Both the position numbers and the translations under genes were made by a program. From positions 68,634,001 to 68,698,000 of the forward strand of contig OZ024746.1 in assembly GCA_964016885.1 (NCBI GenBank): a stretch of DNA of 64,000 nt, in the 5' to 3' direction. The DNA comes from Eledone cirrhosa (taxonomy: Eukaryota). Positions 13,259-25,750 of the stretch are shown piece by piece. The notes under the pieces are model-generated. The model worked only from the letters and a program-made list of their open reading frames with translations, did not search any database and was not told the DNA's origin. Within the stretch, counting starts at the first letter, position 1. The number at the start of each line of letters is the position of its first letter.

Positions 13259-13335
13259 CATACATATATACATACATACATATATATACACACACATACA
13301 TATATATATATATACACATACATACATATATATAC

Positions 13336-13376
<41 letters not shown>

Positions 13377-14402
13377 CATACATATATATATATACACAAA
13401 CAACATCCAGGCCGAAACAAATGAGATCGTGTAGGTGTCACAACAAAAAAAACACACAGTCCACGCTGTAAATGTGGCCGTGTAGGCAACACGGTAAAAA
13501 CCTCCTAGCCCCACACTGTAAATGTGGTTGGTGTTAGGAAGGGCATCCAGCTGTAGAAAACCCGCCAGACAGTCCACGCTGTAATATGGCCGTGTAGGCA
13601 ACACGGTAAAAACCTCCCAGCCCCACACTGTAAATGTGGTTGGTGTTAGGAAGGGCATCCAACTGTAGAAAACCCGCCAGACAGTCCTATGCGAGCAAGA
13701 CAACCACTCTTGCCTCAAGTGGGAAAACCCCCGTCCAAACCCATGCAAGCGTGGAACACGGACGCTAAACCTGATGATGATGATGATGATGATGATGATA
13801 CATACATATATATATATATATATACACATACATACATATAAATACATATATATATATACACATACATACATATAAATAGATATATATATATACACATACA
13901 TACATACATATAAATACATATATATATATATACACATACATATATATATATACACATACATATATATATATACACACATACATACATATATATATATATA
14001 CACATACATACATATATATATACACACATACATACATATATATATACACATACATATATATATATACACATACATACATATATATATACACATACATATA
14101 TATATACACATATATATATAAACATACATACATATATATATATACACATATATATATACACATACATACACATACATACATATATATATATACACATACA
14201 TACACATGTATATACACATACATACACATATATATACATATACACACATATATATACACATATATACATATATACACACATACATACATACATACATACA
14301 TACATACATACATACATACATACATACATGTATATATATACACAGACATATATACACATACACACATATGTACACACACACACACGCACACACATACACA
14401 TA

Positions 14403-14438
<36 letters not shown>
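13045..14438. repeat. Compound (TA)n/(TACA)n microsatellite field, interrupted at 13400-13798
   Basis: Direct reading. Source of the Y/I/M/C/V low-complexity ORFs. Confidence 0.95.
13400..13798 (+). mobile_element. 5'-truncated RTE LINE, 3' UTR only, with an internal ~115-bp tandem duplication
   Basis: Nearly identical to the reverse complement of 30290-30560, which follows an RT C-terminal ORF. (TGA)n tail. ACAGTCCACGCTGTAA...CCCGCCAG occurs twice. Confidence 0.88.
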
Positions 14439-14439
<1 letters not shown>

Positions 14440-14740
14440 GATATTAAATAAATGGAAACTATATTTATAAAACCATATTTATTTCATTATATATATTTCA
14501 GGGATATCATATTAACAATATGCTATGCCTTCCTCAGACAAAATACAATACAATTATATCAGTTATAAATATTTACTAGTTGTAACCCAACAATTTAAAT
14601 ATAACTTTCCATATATATATATATATATATACACACATACACACATATGTACACACACACACACGCACACACATACACATATATTTATATATATATATAT
14701 ACACACATACACATATAATAGTCAATAGATCAGCACTTAC

Positions 14741-14867
14741 TTGACATAATATATCCTTCCCGAAGAGTGCAGTTTTGCCTCACAGTTATCAGGCAGCTGA
14801 TTGTTAAGTCCTTGGATGTAATCCACACAGAGAAGAGCCATGCAGTGGGCTTTTGTGCAGACAGACA
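14741..14867 (-). CDS. 127-bp exon encoding the N-terminal two-thirds of a WW domain (unidentified gene)
   Basis: Acceptor CCTTCTCTTTTCCTAG and donor AA|GTAAGT. Open frame xSVCTKAHCMALLCVDYIQGLNNQLPDNCEAKLHSSGRIYYV(N/K) fits the WW pattern LP.gWE.....GR.YYvnH. The phase-2 intron falls where many WW genes have one. Confidence 0.8.
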
Positions 14868-15073
14868 CTAGGAAAAGAGAAGGAAAATATCTCTTAATTT
14901 TGTGTATATACACAAATATATTAATTATTAATGTCAATGACCTCCACGGGCAAGTGTTGTATGGCCTGCAGAATAACTATTTGGAAACAAATGTAAATAT
15001 ATCAATGTCTTTTATTCAAGCAGAACAGGTGAATATTTTATAGTAAATACACATTTTCATATTTGACAAGTGA

Positions 15074-15330
15074 AGGCATGTGGCTTAATGATTAGAGAGT
15101 TGAATTTACAATTGTGAGGTTGTTAATTCAATTCTAAGATCGGGTAATGTGTTGTGTTAATTTATTTCATGTTGCTCTTTCTGAAAGGAGTTGTGGCGGG
15201 TAGATAGCATCAGCAATGGAAAGACTAATGGAAACATTGTTTTCTTGGTCTGATTCGATGAGGTCTACCCCACTTGGCAAGCGAATGAGGTCTGGGATCT
15301 TGTTGGTTGATCAGAGCGAGAGAGCGAGTG
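15074..15330 (+). mobile_element. Degraded family B-related SINE
   Basis: GGCATGTGGCTTAATGATTAGAG head and TTTATTTCATGTTGCTC core. Confidence 0.7.
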
Positions 15331-15637
15331 ATATTTGACAAAGAGTACAAAATCATCATCATCATCATCATCGTTTAACGTCCATCTTCCACGATAGCAT
15401 GGGTTAGACAAAATATATATTGATAGTACAACTATACAATATTTCAGCAAGTACACAAAAATATGTTTCACATATAATATTGAATTTAAATATTTATTTG
15501 ATTTGTCAGATAATGCGAATATATATTTCTGTATAGTTATAAAATTTAAAATATTGTTAATAATTTATTAAATTGTAAATAAAATACTTATTTTGGAAAT
15601 GATTACATTATCAGCAAATGTAGTCTATTATAATATA

Positions 15638-17345
15638 AACTAGCAGAATGGCCTGGCATTGCTTGGGATTTGCTCTAGGGTTCTTATATATTTGATATAT
15701 ATTTATCCTTATTGATCCTCGTGAAATAAATACGTTTGTTTATATTTTGTTATTGTGTATGCAAAAATATCTGTACACGAATATATATATACTAGCAGTG
15801 GTAGCCGGCGTTGCACGGGATAAGGTATTTTGGAACGTGGGCCGCCAACAGACCTAATCAAGGAAAAACTGCATGCCTGGACAATATGTAAAGAAAATAA
15901 ACCGAATACTCTAATGGCTGGATAATCTAAGATTTTCCTTGATGAAGCAGGAAAAAGGCAGGTTTTCACCTAATGCGGGCTCTAGGGGATCAAGAAAATG
16001 AATTTTTTTTATGTGCATAATATGCCTTGAAATTTCAGGAAAAGCGGCTAGACGTAACACCTCAAAAAAGTCCTAAAAAGCAGAAAAAAATGAAGTTGGA
16101 TTTTCTTTGCTCACAGTATGAAGAAGAGACTGACTAATACACAGTTACAATTTCAAGGAAATCAGTCTGACATAACGCCTCAAAAAACCCATAAAAAGCT
16201 GGAAAAAACGCAGTTTTTCAACCAATGCGGGCCCTAGGGGATCAAAAAGTTGAATTTTTTGTATGTGTATAACACTCCCTGAAATATAAGTAATACACAT
16301 GTAAAGTTTGAAAAAGATCGGTTGGGTACTTCTCGAGTTTCACACAGACACACACACACATCCACACACATACATACTTCCTCAGTTTTAAATATATACA
16401 TGTATAGATTAAAATAACAAATTAAAGTTTAAGCAAAGAATCGTTGCTTTCACCCTTAACAGGATCTTCTGAAACTAAAAACATCAATCTGTGAACGCAG
16501 AAGTAAATATTTCGAAAAACGTTGCAACCGAAGGAAAACAGGAAGACGATACTTTGGTTCGTGAAGACATTCCCTGGCAATGAACGGATAATATCGAACA
16601 TAATACGTCATCAATGTTCGTCAGAATGTTATAATGCAGACAGCCAGGCATACAGACAGATATTATAAGAGCGCGGCGGAGAGGTATAACCGGCGCCTAA
16701 CACTCCTTTAACAACAGAAAAATGAAAAATAAAAGCTGCAGTTAATATCTTTAGACCGCAAGGAATATATAAATGCAAGTTTGAAGTCAATCGGAGTAGA
16801 AATGTGGATTTGTATAGACTTTGCAAAAATGAGGACACACACACAGACAACATCAGTTTTATATATATAGATATATATTAAAATAACAGATTAAAGTTTA
16901 AGCAAAGAATCGCTGCTTTCATCCTTAACGGGATCTTCTGAAACTAAAAAAAATCAATCTGTGAATGCAGAAGTAAATATTTCAAAAAACGTTACACACT
17001 ATATATATATATATATATATACACACTATATATATGCATATATACACACACACACATAGCGTCATAATGTTGTATTGCAGACAGTCAGACATACAGCCAG
17101 ATATTATAAGGGTGCAACGTTATATCTATGTATCTATCTAAACAGAAAGACTAAGAATTATAGAGAAAGATCGCTAAATCGCCTAATGCAGTCCCTAGGG
17201 CATTGAAAATTTGAAATATGTTTTGCTCCAAACACTCACAGAACCGTAAGTATTACATGTGTAAAGTTTGAAAACAATCGGTTGGGTGGCTCTCGAATTT
17301 TAGGGAGTCAGACAGACAGACATTCTCTGTTTTAGATATATAGAT
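15638..17345 (+). mobile_element. Cluster of nested non-autonomous Helitron/Helentron-like (DINE/HINE-type) elements and foldback-family modules
   Basis: Starts ACTAGCAG...CCGGCGTTGCACGGG near 15640 and 15790. Internal (CA)n/(GACA)n. Ends TTTTATATATATAGAT-like near 16388, 16872 and 17345. Internal block repeats (GCGGGC.CTAGGGGATCAA twice). Confidence 0.6.
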
Positions 17346-17370
17346 TACACTGCATAGCATATTCATGTGA

Positions 17371-17675
17371 AGGCATATGGCTTAGTGGTTAGAGTATTGG
17401 ACTTGCAATTGGGGAGTTATGAGTTCAATTCTCAAACCGGGTGATGTGTTGTGTCCTTGAGCAAGGCACTTTATTTCATCTTGCTCCAGTTTACTCAGCT
17501 GTAGAAATGAGTTGTGACATGACTGGTGCCAAGCTGTATTTGCTGTTGCCTTTCCCTTGAACATCAGCAGTGTGAAGAGGGGAGATTGGTATGCATGGGC
17601 AACTGCTGGTCTTCCACAACCACACTTTTTAGGTACAAAACCATGGTCATTCGTGACCAAAGGGCATCTTTAACC
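17371..17675 (+). mobile_element. Family B-related SINE
   Basis: Same tRNA-like head and core as 95-438, with a different 3' half ending CGTGACCAAAGGGCATCTTTAACC. Confidence 0.85.
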
Positions 17676-18755
17676 TTAGCATATTTTACAAAATTCATTA
17701 CCCTTTCTGTAAATATCTACAACAAAGTCTTATCAGGCAATAAAAAATTGTCTATAGGTATGGCCATATAGTTAAAAGTTTGGTTTGCATCCATGGGGTT
17801 TCAGATTCCACAACCCTGCACAGCACCTTGGAAAGTATCTTCTACTATAAACTCAGGCTGACTTTTGCCATGTAAGTTTGCCAGATGAAAGCTGTAAGAT
17901 TATGAGACCCTAAGCTGTAGCAACATTTAGTACAGTACATAGAACTTAATTCAGCACCCATATTTATACTGCCACTTGGCCCATGTGCACCTTTGGCTTT
18001 ATTCATGTTATTGCAAACAATCAGACCAAGTCTTTTGGTCTATCCCTTTCTTTTAACAATCATGAAAACTGTAAATGGGGTTATGATTGCTGTCATTCCT
18101 CCTTTGACTAAGTCATCAACATTTTAATTAAGCTGATTATAGTGTAGCTGGTTTAGTGTGTATGTCTTTGTGTCCAAACTATCTTTGTTTTACAATAAAA
18201 TATTTTCTTCAAATTTTGTTCCTCATTTAGGAACCTATCATAGAGTTAGAATATGAAAACTAACTTCTTGTGCTTGTAAATAGGTATTTGTGGTATTAAC
18301 TCATGAAATAACTTCAAGGGGTTTTAGTCAGAGCATGACTTGGTCTCTAAATTGTATAGGAGAGCATAGCTCCAAATAAGAACTGACTTAGACTATGACA
18401 ACCTATCCAAACCATGCAAGCACAGAAGGCAGACATAAAAAATGGTGATGCTGATAAAGGTAGCCTCTAAGTCAATGTTTCTCAACCTTTTTACTCTTGT
18501 GGAACCCTTCAAATAGTTTTCATGCATAAAAATTATTATATATCATTATTAATATCTATCTCCTTTATATTTTTATTCTAGTTCATGTTGTAAACCTTTT
18601 TTTTTTTTCGCATAACTAGTTTAAGGAGAAAATGACCCCCATTTTTGTCAAATTTATTAACAATGCAAAAAAAATCATGGTTGTATGTGTGTGCCCCCCC
18701 CCCCCCCTCCATCCATCCATCAGCAGCATAGCAACAAGTAATAACCTAGTTTTAA

Positions 18756-18960
18756 CCCTTTAGCATTCACATTACTCTATATATACTATTATATTTTCAT
18801 GGTAAATGCTTTAACTCACATAATTATCTCACATAATATGGAATCTATGAGATTTTGAAAACAATACCTTAACATCAGTTTAAGTGACCACTTACACCCA
18901 GTTTCAACAGAAAAAGGTAGAGAATTCTGGCCGGTTTTGGCCAGTTTGAACATTAAAGGG
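18756..18960. mobile_element. piggyBac-type MITE, family 1
   Basis: TTAA|CCCTTTAGCATTC ... GAACATTAAAGGG|TTAA. Confidence 0.85.
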
Positions 18961-19663
18961 TTAAATAATATAAGAGATTGAAGCCATTGTTTTATAATAA
19001 CCAAGGATTTTCCAACAATATACCGTATGTGTATAATAAAATTACGAATATAAAATTAAACAAAAATTACTCTAGTTTGTTGATTACCTTTCACGAAACT
19101 GTAGTCATATTCTTTCAAACTACAACTTAAAAATGAAAGAATGCATTGGACAATGTAATCCTAGATAGATGAAAAAACAAGATGGTCACTGCTGGAATAC
19201 CTTTGACCAGAAGCCTGTCCAATCAGGGCTAACCTATGGCTAGACAACATCTACTACTACAATAGAGACAAAGAATTAAAACTATTTACAGTTCCATTAT
19301 TTCTTCTGAATTCAACTTCAACTTATGAAAGTCAGTGTATTTAATCTTGCTTTGAGAAAACTATAATTGACAACTATATATATCCAATATGAAGGATGGA
19401 TGGTAATTTAAAACACCATAGAATTATGAAATATTTTGGTATATTATATTTGAAACGCAGAGAAAATAATAAATAAAAAAATGTTGTTTGGAATGGTTGG
19501 CCACACAAAGCTATTGTTTCCATCTAAATACAAGAAATATTCTATCAACTCATCCCCATTGTCTGTGGGTGGAGGAATCTAATAAATTCAATCATCCTAC
19601 TTCTAAACCTCAAAAGAACAAGCCTGGTGAAATCCAACATCCAAACATGAATACATCTAATGC

Positions 19664-19733
<70 letters not shown>

Positions 19734-20044
19734 TTATATATGCATATATATATATGTGCAAATGTGTATTCACAGATCCATATGTATGCATACATATTTC
19801 CACATACAGTTTTCAATTACATGCAACCCTTACACAGAGCTCTAACACATACATACACAGAGTTATATATAGCTGCAATCATGTGCATATGTTTGCATTC
19901 AAAATAAAAACTGTTACTAGAGCTTAATTCTATAAATGTTAATAAAGCCATATTCACTTCATTAATAATTCTATCAAAAAAATATTATTACATTCACAGA
20001 TGAAAGATATAACATAAATTAGATAATGTATAGTCATCTCTTTA

Positions 20045-21140
20045 GATAGAAGGGCAAATAGGCAGAGAGACCAGTGGAGAGACAGAGAACAGTAGACAGT
20101 CAGGTAGAGAGACCAGTAATAAGACCAGTAGAGAGAGAGAGCTATAGAGACAAAGAACAAAGAATGGTAGACAGGCAGGCTGAGATCAGTGGAGACAGAG
20201 AATGGTAGACAGTCAGGTAGAGAGACCAGTAATAAGACCAGTAGAGAGAGAGAGCTATAGAGACAAAGAACAAAGAATGGTAGACAGGCAGGCTGAGACC
20301 AGTGGAGACAGAGAATGGTAGACAGTCAGGTAGAGAGACCAGTAATAAGACCAGTAGAGAGAGAGAGCTATAGAGACAAAGAACAAAGAATGGTAGACAG
20401 GCAGGCTGAGATCAGTGGAGACAGAGAATGGTAGACAGTCAGGTAGAGAGACCAGTAATAAGACCAGTAGAGAGAGAGAGCTATAGAGACAAAGAACAAA
20501 GAATGGTAGACAGGCAGGCTGAGACCAGTGGAGACAGAGAATGGTAGACAGTCAGGTAGAGAGACCAGTAATAAGACCAGTAGAGAGAGAGAGCTATAGA
20601 GACAAAGAACAAAGAATGGTAGACAGGCAGGCTGAGATCAGTGGAGACAGAGAATGGTAGACAGTCAGGTAGAGAGACCAGTAATAAGACCAGTAGAGAG
20701 AGAGAGCTATAGAGACAAAGAACAAAGAATGGTAGACAGGCAGGCTGAGACCAGTGGAGACAGAGAATGGTAGACAGTCAGGTAGAGAGACCAGTAATAA
20801 GACCAGTAGAGAGAGAGAGCTATAGAGACAAAGAACAAAGAATGGTAGACAGGCAGGCTGAGATCAGTGGAGACAGAGAATGGTAGACAGTCAGGTAGAG
20901 AGACCAGTAATAAGACCAGTAGAGAGAGAGAGCTATAGAGACAAAGAACAAAGAATGGTAGACAGGCAGGCTGAGATCAGTAGAGACAGAGAATGGTAGA
21001 CAGTTATGTAGAGAGACCAGTAAAGTATAAGAGATTGGTAGACAGATAGGCAGAGAGACAGAGACACTGACAAGCAGATGGAAAGACAGATGGACAGGGA
21101 AGCAGTCAGGAGACCAGACAGATAAACAGATTACCAAATA
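20045..21140. repeat. 113-bp minisatellite (about 8 units) with alternating variants
   Basis: CAGGTAGAGAGACC at 20101, 20214 and 20327. GAGATC/GAGACC alternate in successive units. Confidence 0.95.
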
Positions 21141-21689
21141 GACAGGTAGTAGAAATAATCATCATTGTCACTGCTGCCAAATATCCAACACAAAGAATAT
21201 GGAAGATTTAAAACAAGTTGACTAATAAGATATCAGGATGTAACAAGCCAAGAAATTTTAATTAATTAATGTCTTGGGATACTAATTTAAGTATACTTGT
21301 GTCTACTTTACACACTGCTTTTCCAGATCTACAAAAGCTAGATATAGTGGTTTGAACTTAGCTAGGAAACTTCTCTTTGGTGTTCTTTCCTGACAGAAAG
21401 CAAAACTATATCTCATCTGATTTGACTCTTTCCTTAATTAGTTGTGCTAACACTCTTCTTGTTACTTTAATAACTTGAGCCATTAGTTTTATACTTCTAT
21501 AGTTGTTCTTTTCTAGAACATCACCTTTCCTTTTTTGTAACAATTAAATGAATATACTGCTATGCCAGTCATTATGTATGACACCATTATGTATTACTTG
21601 ATTGACTATGTTGCTGATCTAACTTGATTTCTACTTCACCAGATGGTTTCAGCATCTCAGTGACTGGCTCTGATGGTTCAGCAGCTTTT

Positions 21690-22071
21690 AACTGTCAACT
21701 GTTAAATTTACTGGTAGCCGTCCCACTTCCATCCATTCATTCTCTACATTCATCATAATGACACTTATAGAACTCTTTTTGCTGAGTGTCAGTGTGGCTA
21801 GGTGGGTACACCAGTATTATTCCAAACCCAATTTTCTTCAGCAACATCCTGATTCTTACTGATAATACTGTCTGCCCCTCGCTATGTATTCGGTGTCTTC
21901 TCTGATGCACCTCAGTGCGACTTCGACATTTGCTTGTGGGATTAAAGCTGCTCTTTTGGTTTGTGCTGAGATGCATCTATAATGCACCGTTCTGCGCTCC
22001 ACTGCCTCAATAGCTTCTACCGGGACAGTTAATTTGGACCAGGTTTTCTCTTGCAATAGAGAACACCTCAT
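21690..22071 (-). pseudogene. Disrupted coding relic, possibly ORF1 of a non-LTR retrotransposon
   Basis: GC-elevated island with protein-like frame LTVPVEAIEAVERRTVHYRCISAQTKRAALIPQANVEVALRCIREDTEYIARGRQY, then stops and frame changes. No convincing splice sites. The family guess comes from recollection only. Confidence 0.35.
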
Positions 22072-22086
22072 GACTTTAATTTTGTT

Positions 22087-24100
22087 ATAGTATAGTGTAG
22101 TGTGGTGGTCTGGTGTAATGTAATACTGTGTTATAGTATAGTGTGGTGGTGTTGAGTGTGGTGAGGCAGTGGTGTGGTGTAGTGTAGTAATTTAACCCTG
22201 TGGTGTAGTGTGGTAGAGTGTGGTGATGTTGGGTGTGGTGAGGCAGTGGTGTGGTGTAGTGTGGTAGTGTGGTGGTGTTGAGTGTGGTGGTGTTGGGTGT
22301 GGTGGTGTTTGGTGTGGTGAGGTAGTGGTGTGGTGTAGTGTGGTAGTGTGGTGGTGTTGAGTGTGGTGGTGTTGGGTGTGGTGGTGTTGGGTGTGGTGAG
22401 GCAGTGGTGTGGTGTAGTGTAGTAATTTAACCTTGTGGTGTAGTGTGGTAGAGTGTGGTGGTGTTGGGTGTGGTGAGGCAGTGGTGTGGTGTAGTGTAGT
22501 AATTTAACCCTGTGGTGTAGTGTGGTAGAGTGAGGTGATGTTGGGTGTGGTGAGGCAGTGGTGTGGTGTAGTGTAGTAATTTAACCCTGTGGTGTAGTGT
22601 GGTAGAGTGTGGTGGTGTTGGGTGTGGTGAGGCAGTGGTGTGGTGTAGTGTAGTAATTTAACCTTGTGGTGTAGTGTGGTAGAGTGTGGTGGTGTTGGGT
22701 GTGGTGAGGCGGTGGTGTGGTGTAGTAATTTAACCCTGTGGTGGAGTGTGGTAGAGTGTGGTGGTGTTGGGTGTGGTGAGGCGGTGGTGTGGTGTAGTAA
22801 TTTAACCCTGTGGTGTAGTGTGGTAGAGTGTGGTGGTGTTGGGTGTGGTGAGGCAGTGGTGTGGTGTAGTGTAGTGTAGTAATTTAACCCTGTGGTGTAG
22901 TGTGGTAGAGTGTGGTGGTGTTGGGTGTGGTGAGGCTGTGGTGTGGTGTAGTGTAGTAATTTAACCCTGTGGTGTAGTGTGGTAGAGTGTGGTGGTGTTG
23001 GGTGTGGTGAGGCAGTGGTGTGGTGTAGTGTAGTGTAGTAATTTAACCCTGTGGTGTAGTGTGGTAGAGTGTGGTGGTGTTGGGTGTGGTGAGGCAGTGG
23101 TGTGGTGTAGTGTAGTGTAGTAATTTAACCCTGTGGTGTAGTGTGGTAGAGTGTGGTGGTGTTGGGTGTGGTGAGGCTGTGGTGTGGTGTAGTGTAGTAA
23201 TTTAACCCTGTGGTGTAGTGTGGTAGAGTGTGGTGGTGTTGGGTGTGGTGAAGCGGTGGTGTGGTGTAGTGTAGTAATTTAACCCTGTGGTGTAGTGTGG
23301 TAGAGTGTGGTGGTGTTGGGTGTGGTGAAGCGGTGGTGTGGTGTAGTGTGGTAGAGTGTGGTGGTGTTGGGTGTGGTGAAGCGGTGGTGTGGTGTAGTGT
23401 AGTAATTTAACCTTGTGGTGTAGTGTGGTAGAGTGTGGTGGTGTGGTGTAATGTAATACTGTGTTATAGTATAGTGTGGCGGTGTGGTGTAGTGTAGTAT
23501 AGTATAGTGGTGTTGGGATGTGGTGAGGAGGTGGTGTTGTGGTGTAATGTAGTAATGTAACACTCTGTTATAGTATAGTGTATTAGTGGTGTTGGGGTGT
23601 GGTGAGGAGGTGGTGTTGTGGTGTAATGTAGTAATGTAACACTCTGTTATAGTATAGTGTATTAGTGGTGTTGGGGTGTGGTGAGGAGGTGGTGTTGTGT
23701 TGTAATGTAGTAATGTAACACTCTGTTATAGTATAGTGTATTAGTGGTGTTGGGGTGTGGTGAGGAGGTGGTGTTGTGGTGTAATGTAGTAATGTAACAC
23801 TCTGTTATAGTATAGTGTATTAGTGGTGTTGGGGTGTGGTGAGGAGGTGGTGTTGTGTTGTAATGTAGTAATGTAACACTCTGTTATAGTATAGTGTATT
23901 AGTGGTGTTGGGGTGTGGTGAGGAGGTGGTGTTGTGGTGTAATGTAGTAATGTAACACTCTGTTATAGTATAGTGTATTAGTGGTGTTGGGGTGTGGTGA
24001 GGAGGTGGTGTTGTGTTGTAATGTAGTAATGTAACACTCTGTTATAGTATAGTGTAGTGGTGGTGAGGTGTGGTGGTGGTGAGGTGTAGTGTAGTAATGT
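22087..24100. repeat. GT-rich minisatellite with two sub-arrays (72-82-bp units, then 79-bp units)
   Basis: AATTTAACC marker recurs about every 77 bp in 22424-23276. AATGTAACACTCTG at 23554, 23633, 23712 and 23791. Confidence 0.95.
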
Positions 24101-24919
24101 GACATTGCGATGTAGTACAGCAATGTGACATTGTGATGTAGTATGCTATAGTACATGTATGTGCCACTATGTTGTAGCAAAACTTTGAACGGAAGTGTAA
24201 GATGGTATGACATAAAATACTTATGCTAAAGCATACTAATATAATTGTTTCTTTCTGATTTAAGCACAAGGCCAACAATTTTGGGGGAAGAAAAAGTTGA
24301 TTAAATTAACCTCAATGCATTACTGGTACTTTATTTTACCAACCCCGTAAGAGTGAGTGGCAAAACTAACCTTAACGCATATTTACTGTATCTCATACTA
24401 ATATAATGTACAGTATGTCATTGTTGTTTAACACTAGATCTGCCATCGACAATCATGTCTTTTTGAAAATCTAAAACTACATTCTCTAGTATATCTTTCT
24501 TTCTGTATTAAGACAGCAGGACCTCATATGAGGCAATTTAGCTGCTCTATCTAGCAGGTTAAGTGGCTGTATCTTTTATTGTAGTGTAGTTCTGGATGGC
24601 ATTTGGAAAATATTTATTAGTTAGGGAGAACATGCTTAAAAACCAGCTTGACTTTTATTTGAAATAGAATTTCTATCTGAAGAGAAAAGCATTAATCACC
24701 AACTGGGAATATTTCCTTTTGATGTCACACAAATTCAAAGACAGGAAGATAGTGATAGGTTTCTAAAATGCTGTATAAAATTATTTATATACTTAAATAA
24801 AACTCTGTAAATCATTATGCCACATCAGTGAAAGAACACTAATTGAGATGCTAGCCCACAACTCAGAATTTTATGATTTTAAAAATTAAGTCCTAGAAAA
24901 GCATAAGCATGGCTTCATG

Positions 24920-25090
24920 GTAGGTGCTGGCATAGCTATGGGGTTATGAAGTCCTCTTTACAACCATGCAACTTTGGGTTTGATGTCACAGCATGGCATC
25001 ATAGACAAGTGTCTTTTACTATAGCCACAGGCAGACCAATGCCATGTAAGTGAAATTTGGTAGGTGGAAACTGTGCAGAAGCCTGTTATA
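24920..25090 (+). mobile_element. Degraded third tRNA-SINE family (C)
   Basis: CAAGTGTCTTTTACTATAGCC...ATTTGGTAGGTGGAAACTGTGCAGAAGCCTGT. Related pieces near 17755, 27050, 33960 and 60100. Confidence 0.6.
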
Positions 25091-25167
25091 CACACACACA
25101 ACTACATAAGATATATATGTTCATATACACCATTATTCTCCCCCATGATATATTAGTGCCACCACTA

Positions 25168-25310
25168 ATTAATTGTTTCTACTTTTGGCACAAGGCGAGC
25201 AATTATCCCAGTACATTACTGGTACTATATTTTAGCGACTCCGTAAGGATGAAAGGCGAAGTTAACCTCGGTGGGATTTGAACTCAGATCGTAAAGGGCC
25301 ATAATTATGC
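25168..25310 (-). mobile_element. SINE family A (short variant), 5'-truncated
   Basis: AATTGTTTCTACTTTTGGCACAAGG...GGATTTGAACTCAGA. Confidence 0.85.
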
Positions 25311-25554
25311 TGACTAGCTCATCAAACCTGCACTTTATGTAAATGAGCTATCAGAAAAGTAGTTTATATTTATGTTTGAGTTGGACAGGTTTTTCAACAC
25401 AACATCTCTCCACTAGTCACATTCCTTCATCATCTGCTCTGTGAGCTTCAAAATTTGAGATCAGCTCTCACCACTTCCATCCAGGTCTTTCTTTGTGATT
25501 TCTTCTATAAGGTTCAAGTTCAGCAATATCATTTTTAATATACATGTATAACCA

Positions 25555-25750
25555 ACATTTTATTTTTTGGGGGGGGGGGGGGGGGGGGCCAATTATATCA
25601 ACTCCAGTGCTTGACTGGTACTTTATTTTATCAACCCCAGAAAGAAGAAAGACAAAGTTGACCTCAGCCGGATTTGAACGTAGAAAATAAAGAGCCAAAA
25701 CAAATACTGCTAAGCCTTAGCCCAACACTTTAATGACTTTGCCATTCCAT
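25555..25750 (-). mobile_element. SINE family A, degraded, with poly-G tract
   Basis: GACTGGTACTTTATTTTATCAACCCCAGAAAG core. Confidence 0.7.

Noticed and set aside
12995-14451. Long ORFs up to 453 aa rich in Y/I/M/C/V/H/T
   Set aside because: Translations of (TA)n/(TACA)n microsatellite and an RTE 3' UTR; open in several frames at once.
16575-16625. CTGACGA plus a stem on the minus strand (hammerhead-like)
   Set aside because: The required GAAA after stem II is missing.
20045-24100. Regularly spaced repeats resembling a CRISPR array
   Set aside because: Whole units are repeated, with no unique spacers and no cas genes, in a eukaryotic context.
25568-25588. Poly-G/poly-C tracts (also near 18694 and 27259)
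   Set aside because: Homopolymer expansions in or next to decayed repeats; their lengths are unreliable in assemblies.
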